The notes under the pieces: model-generated
Told to the model about the DNA's origin: nothing
What the model saw: only the letters and a program-made list of their open reading frames with translations
Database searches by the model: none
Assembly: GCA_028714895.1 (NCBI GenBank)
Contig: JAQTLM010000007.1
Span: forward strand, 41,685 to 105,684
Origin: Gallionella sp.
Lineage (GTDB): Bacteria > Pseudomonadota > Gammaproteobacteria > Burkholderiales > Gallionellaceae
Direction of reading: 5' to 3'
DNA: 64,000 nucleotides
Program-made: the position numbers and the translations under genes
Shown: positions 1 through 9,071 of the stretch, piece by piece
Position numbering within the stretch: the first letter of the stretch is position 1
How the letters are laid out: every line of letters begins with the position of its first letter

Positions 1-2
1 TG

Positions 3-626
3 CAAGGCAATCCGGCGATTCAAACCGAGCATATACTCGCCTATGAGGCAGGCTACCGCAGCCAGCTTACCGAGCAGGTGCAGATGGATGTCGCCGCCTT
101 CTATAACGAGCATCGTCATTTAATGACCATCGAGCGCGGGGCGAACTTTCCCGAAGCCGGATACACGGTCATCCCGCTGGTGTTCGGTAACAGGGCAAAT
201 GCGACGACCCACGGTCTGGAATGGAGCGGTAGCTGGCGGCCGGCTGACCGGTGGCAGTTCAAGGCGGCTTGGACATGGCTGAAAATGAATATCCGCCGCG
301 ATGCGGGCAGCACCGATTCCTCGATTGAAACCGAGGTAGGGCGGTCGCCGCAGAACCAGTTCCAGATTCACGTGCTGCATTTCCCGGCTGCCAATGTCGA
401 GCTGGGTACTTCGCTCTACTACGTGGACAGCCTGCCCAGCCTCAACGTACCCGCCTACACCCGGCTGGATGCGCGCATCGGCTGGCGCATCCAGCGTGAT
501 CTGGAACTCAGCCTGACCGGGCGCAACCTGCTCGATCCCGGCCACCCCGAATTCATCAACGTATCAGGGCCGAGAACCAGCGAAGTTCCGCGCAGCCTCT
601 TCGGAGGTGCGACATGGCGATTCTGA
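3..626 (+). CDS. TonB-dependent outer-membrane receptor, C-terminal part (5' truncated by window edge)
   Basis: Frame is open from base 3 (QGNPAIQTEHILAYEAGYR...). Beta-barrel-type segments and a C-terminal aromatic signature ...PRSLFGGATWRF. Confidence 0.85.
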   Translation, partial: QGNPAIQTEHILAYEAGYRSQLTEQVQMDVAAFYNEHRHLMTIERGANFPEAGYTVIPLVFGNRANATTHGLEWSGSWRPADRWQFKAAWTWLKMNIRRDAGSTDSSIETEVGRSPQNQFQIHVLHFPAANVELGTSLYYVDSLPSLNVPAYTRLDARIGWRIQRDLELSLTGRNLLDPGHPEFINVSGPRTSEVPRSLFGGATWRF

Positions 627-1219
627 TGCCGCGCGTCAAACCGTTGCTTGCACGCCGGTTACACGCGGTGGCGATCCGGTTGCTGTGCGGCGTGATGCTG
701 TTGCTCACGCTGACCCCGGCACGCGCCGCCCCGTCCGAATATGAGCTCAAGGCCGCGTTCATTTACCAGATCGCCAGGTTCGTCGAATGGCCGTCCGCTG
801 GTACGCCTGTCAACGCTGGCGTGCCGTTGCGCCTGTGCGTGCTCGGCGGTAATCCATTTGGCCCGGCGCTGGAGTCCATCCGGGGGAAACCGGTCAAGGA
901 ACGGAGAATGGAAGTGTCGCTGCTCGACATGAACGCGGACACCCGTGAATGCGCCATGCTGTTCATCGCCGCTCCGGCGGAAAGACATATCGAACGTATC
1001 ACTGCACTTTCACGCGGTACCGGGATGCTGACGATAGGCGACACGCAAGGATTCACCCAGCGCGGCGTGATGGTCAATTTTTTCTCGCAAGATGGGAAGA
1101 TCCGCTTCGAGGTCAATCTGGATGCCACGCGACATGGCGGCCTGAAAATCAGCTCCAAACTCCTGTCGCTTGCCAGAATCGTCGATTCAGGAATCGTCGA
1201 TTCTGGCGCAACGCACTGA
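626..1219 (+). CDS. YfiR/DUF4154 family periplasmic protein
   Basis: Signal peptide, then SEYELKAAFIYQIARFVEWP and C-terminal RFEVNLDA..GLKISSKLLSLA motifs. ATG overlaps the upstream stop (TGATG). Confidence 0.85.
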   Translation: MPRVKPLLARRLHAVAIRLLCGVMLLLTLTPARAAPSEYELKAAFIYQIARFVEWPSAGTPVNAGVPLRLCVLGGNPFGPALESIRGKPVKERRMEVSLLDMNADTRECAMLFIAAPAERHIERITALSRGTGMLTIGDTQGFTQRGVMVNFFSQDGKIRFEVNLDATRHGGLKISSKLLSLARIVDSGIVDSGATH

Positions 1220-1226
1220 CCTCCCG

Positions 1227-3095
1227 ATGCGGCTGTTCGAAAATCTCCCCATAAAGCGCAAGCTGATGCTTATCGGCCTCGTCACCAACGGCGTGGCGGT
1301 GGTTCTGCTCAGTGTCCTCTTCGGTGTGGGGGAATGGACAAGCTACCGCGACCGGGCGGTAACTACCCTAGCGGTACACGCGGGCATCACCGCCGACAAC
1401 GCGGCGTCCGCCCTGATATTTGCCGACGAAAAAGCTGCGCAGGAGGTGTTGGCGCGGCTGAGTGCCGAAACCAACATTGTCTACGCCGTATTGCAGGAAA
1501 AAAGTGGCGACATTGTCGCCAAATTCGAGGTTCCCGGACGAAAAAAAATTCCAGTCGCTATTCTCGCCTCGGATGAGCACCTGTTTTTTTTAGATCAATT
1601 GGCCTATGCCAAAAACGTGGTTCATTCCGGTGAGACGGTTGGTATCCTGTATCTGCAATCCGATTTGCGGGGTGTCTACTGGGAATTATTCAAAAAGCTG
1701 TTGCTGATCGCCGCTACAATGATACTTTCCTTGGCATTCGCTCTTTTCCTGTTTGCCCGCTTTCAAAAAACCATCAGCGACCCCATTCTGGATATGGCCG
1801 GGGTGATGCGGGACGTCATCACGGAACAGAATTTCGTGGCGCGGGTGGTGTCTCACGGAAAGGATGAAATGGGCATGCTGGCTGGCACCTTCAATATCAT
1901 GCTGGAATACATCCAGTTGCGCGATGCCGAATTGGCGCAATATCGGGAGCATCTGGAGGAAGAAGTCGCGCAGCGCACCGCCAGATTGACCGAAGCGCAG
2001 CGTATCGCCCATCTGGGCGACTGGGAATGGGATATTGTGAACAATACGCTGAATTGGTCTGATGAAATTTACCGTATTTTCGGCCTCACACCACAGCAGT
2101 TTGGAGCCAACTACGAAGCTTTCCTGCAAGCCGTGCATCCCGAAGACCGGCAGTTCGTGGACACCCGGGTTCGTGCGGCACTGGAGCAGATGCATGCCTA
2201 CAGTATTGATCACCGCATCGTGCGCCCGGACGGTTCGGAGCGTTATGTGCATGAGCAGGCGGAGTTGTTCCGTAGCGAGGACGGATGCCCTATCAAAATG
2301 CTGGGAACAGTGCAGGATATCACCGAGCGCAAGCAGGCCGAAGAAGACCTCAGACGATCCAATACCGATCTGGAACAGTTCGCCTATGCCGCATCGCACG
2401 ACATGCGTCAGCCGCTGCGGATGATTTCGAGCTATCTGCAATTACTCGAGTCCGACTTGGCACCTGTCCTCACCGACGAGACGCGGCAGCACCTTCAGTT
2501 CGCAACCGAGGGCGCGAAGCGTATGGATCAGATGCTGATGGCACTGCTCGACTATTCCCGCATTGGCCGCAAGGCCGACACAATGGCCGTAATAGACAGT
2601 CGTGAGATCATGGATGAAGCGCTGCACTACCTGGAACCAGCCATCGAGGAAGCCCAGGCCGATGTCTGTATAAATGGCGTGTGGCCGCACCTTTTCGCCA
2701 ACCGCGACGAAATACTGCGCCTGTTTCAGAACCTGATCGACAACGCCCTGAAATACCGGCTGGCAGGCCAAAAACCGGAGGTCGTCGTTTCGGCGCAGAC
2801 GGTTGGCGGCGAATGGCGCCTGGAAGTACGCGACAACGGTGTAGGCCTGTTGCCAGGCCATGAAGCGCGCTTGTTCAGGGTGTTCGAGCGACTCCAACCG
2901 CGCAGCCGCTACCCCGGCACCGGCATTGGCTTGGCGCTGTGCCGCAAGATTGTCGAGCATCACAAAGGGCGCATTTGGGTGGAATCGCCGGGCGAAAACC
3001 AGGGCTGCACCTTCATCGTCACTCTTCCCGCATCTCTTCCCTCATCGTCTGGTGGAGCATTGATCAACACAAATGTAATTAAGGAAAGCGTATGA
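1227..3095 (+). CDS. Sensor histidine kinase (periplasmic CHASE-type sensor, HAMP, PAS, HisKA, HATPase)
   Basis: Two TM segments, HAMP (DEMGMLAGTFN), PAS, H-box ASHDMRQP, N-box NLIDNALKY, G-boxes DNGVG and GTGIGL. Start chosen at MRLFENLPIKRKL. Confidence 0.9.
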   Translation: MRLFENLPIKRKLMLIGLVTNGVAVVLLSVLFGVGEWTSYRDRAVTTLAVHAGITADNAASALIFADEKAAQEVLARLSAETNIVYAVLQEKSGDIVAKFEVPGRKKIPVAILASDEHLFFLDQLAYAKNVVHSGETVGILYLQSDLRGVYWELFKKLLLIAATMILSLAFALFLFARFQKTISDPILDMAGVMRDVITEQNFVARVVSHGKDEMGMLAGTFNIMLEYIQLRDAELAQYREHLEEEVAQRTARLTEAQRIAHLGDWEWDIVNNTLNWSDEIYRIFGLTPQQFGANYEAFLQAVHPEDRQFVDTRVRAALEQMHAYSIDHRIVRPDGSERYVHEQAELFRSEDGCPIKMLGTVQDITERKQAEEDLRRSNTDLEQFAYAASHDMRQPLRMISSYLQLLESDLAPVLTDETRQHLQFATEGAKRMDQMLMALLDYSRIGRKADTMAVIDSREIMDEALHYLEPAIEEAQADVCINGVWPHLFANRDEILRLFQNLIDNALKYRLAGQKPEVVVSAQTVGGEWRLEVRDNGVGLLPGHEARLFRVFERLQPRSRYPGTGIGLALCRKIVEHHKGRIWVESPGENQGCTFIVTLPASLPSSSGGALINTNVIKESV

Positions 3096-4435
3096 ACGAA
3101 ACTTTCCAGCAAGCCGTTTCGATCCTGGTGATCGAGGATGACCCCGGCGATTTCGGGCTGATCCGTGCGCATGTGCGGCTGTCCAGACTGGGCCTCAGTG
3201 GCGGCAAAGAGCCGCTGACATGGGCGAAAACACTGGCCGATGGCGTAGCCGCAGCACGGAGCAACAAGCCTGATGTCGTGCTGCTCGACCTGTCGCTCCC
3301 CGACTCGGCGGGACTTGCCACGGTGCAGGCGATGCGCACCGCTTTGCCCGGTGTGCCCATCGTGGTGCTGACGGGGCACGACGACAGTGCTCTCGCCGTC
3401 GCCGCCTTGCAAGCCGGCGCTCAGGATTATCTGGTCAAGGGGCAGTACGATCACGATGCGCTGGGTCGCGCGGTGCGTAATGCACTGGTACGCGAGGTAC
3501 TTGAATCACGCTTGCGGCTGTTCGAAGTGGCGCTGAATTCGGTCGCCAGCGGTATCGTCATTACCGACATCAATGCGCATATTCAGTGGGTCAACCCGGC
3601 CTTTACGCAACTGACGGGGTTTTCGCTGGAAGAAACACTGGGACGTAGTCCGGCCGAGTTGACAAAGTCCGGCAAGCATAACCCGGCGTTCTACCAGAAT
3701 ATGTGGGAAACCATTCTGTCCGGTCAGACGTGGCACGGCGAGATTATCAACCGGCGCAAGGATAGCTCCCTCTATGACGAGGCACTCGTCATTGCCCCGG
3801 TAACCGACGGGGATGGAACGATTCGGCATTTTGTCGCCATCATGCAGGACATCACCGAGCGCAAGCAGGCCGAAAAGCAGGTTCGCACACTGGCTTTCTA
3901 TGACGCATTGACGCAACTGCCCAATCGTCGCCTGCTCAACGATCGGCTCGGGCAAACAATGGCCGCTTGCAAACGCAGCGGCCGTTATGGCGCGCTGATG
4001 TTCCTCGATCTGGATAACTTCAAACCGCTCAATGATACATACGGGCATGATGTGGGCGATTTGCTGTTGATCGAGGTAGCGCATCGCCTCACCAGTTGCG
4101 TGCGTGAGGCGGACACTGTTGCGCGTTTCGGTGGCGATGAATTCGTGGTGATGCTCAGTGATCTGGATGCGGATAAAGCTGAATCCACCGCACAAGCCGG
4201 TATCGTTGCGGAAAAAATCCGCGTCACTCTGGCTGAACCATACCTTCTGGCATGCAAGCAAGAGGGTAACGCAGAAGCCATCATCGAGCATCGTTGTGCG
4301 GCGAGCATCGGCGTGGCATTGTTCATCAACCACGAAGCCGGCCCGGAAGAGGTTCTCAAGTGGGCCGACATGGCGATGTATCAGGCGAAAGAGGGCGGGC
4401 GCAACTCGATTCGTTTTTATGCTGCGAAGGATTGA
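3092..4435 (+). CDS. Response regulator / diguanylate cyclase (REC-PAS-GGDEF)
   Basis: REC (VIEDD, LLDLSLPD, QDYLVK), PAS, intact RFGGDEF with RxxD I-site (READ). Overlaps the kinase stop (ATGA). Confidence 0.9.
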   Translation: MNETFQQAVSILVIEDDPGDFGLIRAHVRLSRLGLSGGKEPLTWAKTLADGVAAARSNKPDVVLLDLSLPDSAGLATVQAMRTALPGVPIVVLTGHDDSALAVAALQAGAQDYLVKGQYDHDALGRAVRNALVREVLESRLRLFEVALNSVASGIVITDINAHIQWVNPAFTQLTGFSLEETLGRSPAELTKSGKHNPAFYQNMWETILSGQTWHGEIINRRKDSSLYDEALVIAPVTDGDGTIRHFVAIMQDITERKQAEKQVRTLAFYDALTQLPNRRLLNDRLGQTMAACKRSGRYGALMFLDLDNFKPLNDTYGHDVGDLLLIEVAHRLTSCVREADTVARFGGDEFVVMLSDLDADKAESTAQAGIVAEKIRVTLAEPYLLACKQEGNAEAIIEHRCAASIGVALFINHEAGPEEVLKWADMAMYQAKEGGRNSIRFYAAKD

Positions 4436-4725
4436 ATGTCCGTATAGTTGGCAGGCAAACACTGACTACCATTCCATCGTTCGATGTGCGACTGTCTGCT
4501 TTCGGTTCCAGCGATTGACCGCATTGGGTCAAAGGCCGCACGCCACGGCTGTCTGGTTTTCGGCACCCTGAATAAATTGTGTTATCAAATTAAAACGAAG
4601 CGACAATACCGGCATAACTAAAATGGGATTTCAGAGCTTGTCGCTACTCTGATAACGCAGTGAAACCACTTCGATCCAGTGCCCAGATTTATCGCTCCGG
4701 CGCACCATAAATGCAATGGGTTAGG

Positions 4726-4890
4726 TCAGAAACGACTTAGCCCATTTTTCTTTCCGTGGGGATTTTCATTCCCAAGCTGTTCCCGCAGGATCATGGCAAG
4801 GCTGCGATTCACCCGACTGCCTTCATCCGTGATGCGGTTTAACGCCACCACCAACTCATCAATCTGCACTACCGAGTAATGAGCGGTCAT
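4726..4890 (-). CDS. Putative 54-aa small protein (MTAHYSVVQIDELVVALNRITDEGSRVNRSLAMILREQLGNENPHGKKNGLSRF)
   Basis: Read by hand; below the ORF-track cutoff. ATG at 4890 preceded by ACAAGGT, stop TGA at 4726-4728, co-oriented downstream of folD. Confidence 0.4.
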   Translation of the reverse strand: MTAHYSVVQIDELVVALNRITDEGSRVNRSLAMILREQLGNENPHGKKNGLSRF

Positions 4891-4956
4891 ACCTTGTCGG
4901 GTATGCCGCAGAAGAACGAATACTGATTAAACGATCACGGAAATTCGCTCCATGAT

Positions 4957-5817
4957 TTACTCGCCGAGACCGGATAACCGCTCCGCTGCGCGCACGGCGT
5001 TTGCTACCAGCATGGTGATGGTCATCGGGCCGACACCGCCGGGCACCGGGGTGATCCAGCCGGCGACTTCTTTCGCGGAATCGAAATCCACGTCGCCGCA
5101 CAGCTTGCCGTCTGGCATGCGGTTGATGCCGACGTCGATCACCGCCGCGCCGGGTTTGATCATGCTGCCGGTGATCATCTTTGCCTTGCCGGTGGCGACG
5201 ACGAGGATGTCGGCGTCGCGGGTGTACTTGGCGAGGTCGACGGTCTTGGAGGTGCAGATGGTGACGGTGGCGTTATGTTGCAGCAGCATCAGTGCCATCG
5301 GCTTGCCGACGATGTTGCTGCGCCCGACCACCACGGCATGCTTGCCTTCGATGGACACACCGCATTTTTCCAGCAGCTTCATCGCGCCGTAAGGGGTGCA
5401 GGGGGCAAAGCGCATGTTGCCGGTGACCAGCGCGCCGACGTTCATCGGGTGGAAGCCGTCCACATCCTTGTCCGGGCTGATGGCTTCGAGTACCTTGCTG
5501 GTGTCGATGTGTTTGGGCACGGGCAGTTGCACGAGGATGCCGTGGATCTTCGGGTCGCTGTTCAATTTGGCGATCTTCGCCAACAGCACGGCTTCCGGCG
5601 TATCGGCTGCCATGATGATGTGCTCGGAATGCAGGCCCAGTTCGGCGCAGGCTTTTACCTTGTTGGCGACGTACACCTTGGAGGCGGGGTCTTCGCCGAC
5701 GATGATGACCGCCAGTCCCGGCGTGATGCCGCGCGCCTTCAGCGCATCGGCGCGCTCCTTCCACTCGGCACGTACCTGCTGGGCGATGGTTTTGCCGTCG
5801 ATAATCTGTGCTGTCAT
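4957..5817 (-). CDS. folD: Bifunctional methylenetetrahydrofolate dehydrogenase/cyclohydrolase
   Basis: [41 protein letters not shown] motifs. Confidence 0.97.
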   Translation of the reverse strand: MTAQIIDGKTIAQQVRAEWKERADALKARGITPGLAVIIVGEDPASKVYVANKVKACAELGLHSEHIIMAADTPEAVLLAKIAKLNSDPKIHGILVQLPVPKHIDTSKVLEAISPDKDVDGFHPMNVGALVTGNMRFAPCTPYGAMKLLEKCGVSIEGKHAVVVGRSNIVGKPMALMLLQHNATVTICTSKTVDLAKYTRDADILVVATGKAKMITGSMIKPGAAVIDVGINRMPDGKLCGDVDFDSAKEVAGWITPVPGGVGPMTITMLVANAVRAAERLSGLGE

Positions 5818-5842
5818 GATTTGCTCCCGTTTGTTAAGTGAG

Positions 5843-6385
5843 TTACTTGCCTGAGGATTTATTCTGGTACGCCTTGATGCCTTTCATGATTTCCGTATGA
5901 GCCGCTTCAACCCCTTCCCAGCCGTTGATCTTGACCCACTTGCCCGGTTCCAGGGCTTTGTAGAGTTCGAAGAAATGCTTGATTTGCTCCAGCGTGATTT
6001 TCGGCAAATCCTCGTAAGTCAGAACATCATGGTAAAGCGGCGTCAGTTTGTCGGTGGGCACAGCGATGATCTTGGCATCGCCGCCGCCTTCATCCGACAT
6101 GCTCAACATTCCGACCGGACGGCAGGGGATGATAGCACCATGAATGATAGGAAACGGGGTGACCACCAGCACATCCACCGGGTCACCGTCGTCGGCGATG
6201 GTTTCCGGGATGAAGCCGTAGTTGCACGGATAGCGCATCAGCGATCCGATGAAGCGATCCACCACCAGCACGCCGGAAACCTTGTCTACTTCGTACTTTA
6301 CCGGGTCGGCATGCTTGGGGATTTCAATGATGACATTGCATTCGTAGGGAAGATTGTCGCCGGGGCGCACATTTAACAAACTCAT
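5843..6385 (-). CDS. ppa: Soluble family I inorganic pyrophosphatase
   Basis: [39 protein letters not shown]; catalytic residues present. Confidence 0.95.
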   Translation of the reverse strand: MSLLNVRPGDNLPYECNVIIEIPKHADPVKYEVDKVSGVLVVDRFIGSLMRYPCNYGFIPETIADDGDPVDVLVVTPFPIIHGAIIPCRPVGMLSMSDEGGGDAKIIAVPTDKLTPLYHDVLTYEDLPKITLEQIKHFFELYKALEPGKWVKINGWEGVEAAHTEIMKGIKAYQNKSSGK

Positions 6386-6500
6386 ACTTTTCCTTAAGGT
6401 TGGCGAAATAAAAAACGCGTAATTATAAGCGAATCAGGGCGATGCCGCAGGGCCGTATTCGGTTTAGAATGATTCATCTTTATCATTGGGAGGTGATGTC

Positions 6501-7694
6501 ATGGCAACGCAAGCGAAGCTAACCGGCAAAATGGTGATCGGCCAATCGGGCGGCCCCACCGTCGTCATCAACCAATCGCTGGTCGGCGCGGTGCTGGCGG
6601 CGCGCCGGCAGCCCAACATCACCGGCATCCTCGGCGCGCGCCACGGCATTGCTGGCATCATGAAAGAGGATTTTATCGACCTGACCACGCAAAGCGTCGA
6701 GCAGCTCGAGCTGGTCGCCACCACCCCGGCGGCGGCGCTGGGTTCGGTGCGCCTCAAGCCCGGCAAGGCCGAGTGCGAAAAGGTATTCGAGGTGTTCAGG
6801 AAGAACGACGTGCGCTATTTCTTCTACATCGGCGGCAACGATTCCGCCGAGACCGCGCACATCATCGCCGAGATGGCGAAGGAGGCGAATTACGATTTCT
6901 GCACCGTGCATATCCCCAAGACCATCGACAACGATTTGAAAGTCACCGACCACTGCCCGGGCTACGCCTCGGCGGCGCGTTTTGTCGCGCTGGCTTTCAT
7001 GGGCGATGACCGCGACAACCGCGCGTTGCAAGGCGTCAAGGTCAATGTCGTGATGGGGCGCAGCGCCGGGTTCCTGACTGCCGCATCCGCGCTGGCACGC
7101 CAGGCAGCAGACGACGGTCCGCATCTGATCTACCTGCCGGAGCGCGTGTTCGATGTAGAGAAATTCAAGCAGGACGTGCGTGATGCAATGGCGAAATATG
7201 GCCGCTGCGTGATCGCCGCTTCCGAAGGGATTTCCGACAAGGACGGCAACCCGATCTCGACCAGCGGCGAAAAAGACTCGCACGGCAATATCCAGCTTTC
7301 CGGCTCGGGCGCGCTGGGCGACACGCTGGCCGCGCTGGTGAAAGAAGCCTTCCCCGGACAGAAGGTGCGCGTGCGTGCCGACACCTTCGGCTACCTGCAA
7401 CGCTCCTTCCCGACCATCATTGCCGAAGTCGATGCGAGGGAAGCGCGCGCGGTGGGCGACTATGCCGTGAACCACGCCGCCAGCACCGGCCAGCCCGGCT
7501 CCGTGGCGATCCGCCGCCTGAGCAGCAAGCCGTATGCCAGCGAATGCTTCATCACGCCGCTGTCGTCCGTGGCGAAAGTCGCCACCGAGATGAAAGACGA
7601 GTACATCAACGCGGCGGGCAACGACGTGACGCAGGCATGGCTGGATTATGTCGCGCCGCTGGTAGGTGAGTTGCCGAAGATGGGACGTTTGTAG
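6501..7694 (+). CDS. pfp: Pyrophosphate-dependent 6-phosphofructokinase
   Basis: PFK motifs QSGGP and MGR. GGNDS (Asp) and PKTIDND (Lys) are the PPi-type determinants. RBS GGAGGTG before ATG 6501. Confidence 0.88.
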   Translation: MATQAKLTGKMVIGQSGGPTVVINQSLVGAVLAARRQPNITGILGARHGIAGIMKEDFIDLTTQSVEQLELVATTPAAALGSVRLKPGKAECEKVFEVFRKNDVRYFFYIGGNDSAETAHIIAEMAKEANYDFCTVHIPKTIDNDLKVTDHCPGYASAARFVALAFMGDDRDNRALQGVKVNVVMGRSAGFLTAASALARQAADDGPHLIYLPERVFDVEKFKQDVRDAMAKYGRCVIAASEGISDKDGNPISTSGEKDSHGNIQLSGSGALGDTLAALVKEAFPGQKVRVRADTFGYLQRSFPTIIAEVDAREARAVGDYAVNHAASTGQPGSVAIRRLSSKPYASECFITPLSSVAKVATEMKDEYINAAGNDVTQAWLDYVAPLVGELPKMGRL

Positions 7695-7742
7695 AATCTT
7701 TAGGTTACCTCTAATAATTTAGATTTCGTCATTGATAGAACT

Positions 7743-7784
7743 ACTAGCCATTCGACTAAGCCCGCAAGCGGGCAAGTCGCCGGT
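7743..7784. repeat. Hairpin repeat copy 1 (ACTAGCCATTCGACTA..stem-loop..CAAGTCGCCGGT)
   Basis: Shares 16 identical 5' bases and the 3' flank with the copy at 15409; inner stem GCCCGC/GCGGGC. Confidence 0.75.
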
Positions 7785-7799
7785 GTGACGAATTGTTAG

Positions 7800-7992
7800 G
7801 GAAACACCGATTAAATCAAATTGTTGGAATGCACGCTGTTTTTCTCCTCCCCTGACAAGGGGAGGCCGGGAGGGGTTAGGGCTGCAAATTAAGAGTAGTA
7901 AGGCTTACAGCCAAAAGCAAACCCCCTCCAACTCCCCCTTGTCAGGGGGAGAGCGAAACGCCGACTACGCAATCGATTTAATCGGCATTTCC
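7800..7992. mobile_element. 193-bp MITE, IS5-like ends, TTAG target duplication
   Basis: TIRs GGAAACACCGATTAAATC / GATTTAATCGGCATTTCC, flanked by TTAG at 7796-7799 and 7993-7996. Internal inverted pair of CCCCTGACAAGGGG palindromes (7844-7877, 7919-7953). Confidence 0.75.
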
Positions 7993-8051
7993 TTAGAGGT
8001 TCCCTCAGTAATTGCAAAAAGGCCACGCTTTTTCGAGCAGGTAAATCAGGC

Positions 8052-9025
8052 ATGAAAGATAAACAATGCGGTGCATCCGCCGCGAAGGGCAGGGCCGCAC
8101 CTGCCGAAAAAACCGGTTTGCATCCGCGCAATCCGCACCGGGGCCGTTATGACTTCAGGCAGCTCATCGCCTGCAGCCCGGAGCTGGCGGCATTTGTCGC
8201 GACGAATGAGTATGGCGACGAGTCCATCGCTTTCGCCGACCCGGCGGCGGTCAAGGCGCTCAACCGCGCGTTGTTGAAACAGACATACGGCATCACGGGC
8301 TGGGACATTCCGGCGCAGTATCTCTGCCCGCCCATCCCGGGCAGGGCGGACTATCTCCACTATCTCGCCGACCTGCCGGCAGCATCCCGCGCGGCAAATC
8401 CGTCCGGGTGCTCGACATCGGCGTCGGCGCCAACTGCATCTATCCGCTCATCGGCCACCGCGAGTATGGCTGGCAGTTCGTCGGCACCGACATCGATCCG
8501 GCTGCACTCGACAACGCGCAACGTATCCTGGATGCGAACAGCGGATTAAGCGATGCCATCGAACTGCGCCTGCAAACGTCACGCTCGGCGGTCTTCACCG
8601 GCGTGGTGCGGGCGAATGAGATGTTCGACCTCACCCTGTGCAATCCGCCGTTCCATGCATCGCTGGCCGAAGCCAATGCCGGCACGCAGCGCAAATGGAA
8701 AAATCTTGGCAAGGATGCCGCGAGGCAGCCGCTGCTGAATTTCGGCGGGCAGGGCGCGGAGCTGTGGTGTGAGGGGGGCGAGGAGGCTTTCGTATGCCGC
8801 ATGATCGAGGAGAGCGCGCAGCTTCGCGGCAGCTGTCTGTGGTTCACCACGCTGGTCTCGAAGTCGGCCAGCCTGCCCGGCGTTTATCGCGCGCTGAAAC
8901 AAACCGGCGTGCTGGACAGCAGGACGATAGAGATGGCGCAGGGGCAGAAAAAGAGCCGGATCGTGGCGTGGACTTTCCTCGACGAGAGCCGGCAACGCGC
9001 GTGGCGCATGGCGCGCTGGAAATGA
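8052..9025 (+). pseudogene. rlmF: 23S rRNA m6A1618 methyltransferase, frameshifted near 8376
   Basis: N-half ([16 protein letters not shown]) in one frame; C-half ([26 protein letters not shown]) in another. The junction is at GACCTGCCGGCAGC. Confidence 0.85.
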
Positions 9026-9071
9026 TGAATCGGGCACTGGCTCGAGGAAATTACTATGCTAGGCCTTAATT

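Larger units (their letters stand above)
7701..8005. mobile_element. Outer MITE-like element (degenerate TIRs) hosting a nested MITE
   Basis: Left end AGGTTACCTCTAATAATT. Removing the inner element restores a right end whose reverse complement is AGGGAACCTCTAACAATT. No ORF and no clean TSD. Confidence 0.55.

Noticed and set aside
1177-1206. 15-bp tandem duplication (IVDSG x2) at the YfiR C-terminus
   Set aside because: Two units only, in frame, in a non-conserved tail; most likely neutral slippage.
2311-3874. 32-bp near-identical repeat (31/32) in the kinase (2311-2342) and the cyclase (3843-3874)
   Set aside because: It encodes the ubiquitous PAS-terminal QDITERKQAE motif; explained by protein conservation or domain shuffling.
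7700-7803. attC-like look (minus strand CCCTAACAATTCGTC...ATTAGAG)
   Set aside because: Better explained by the MITE TIRs; no integron integrase or cassette array, and L/R box spacing does not fit.
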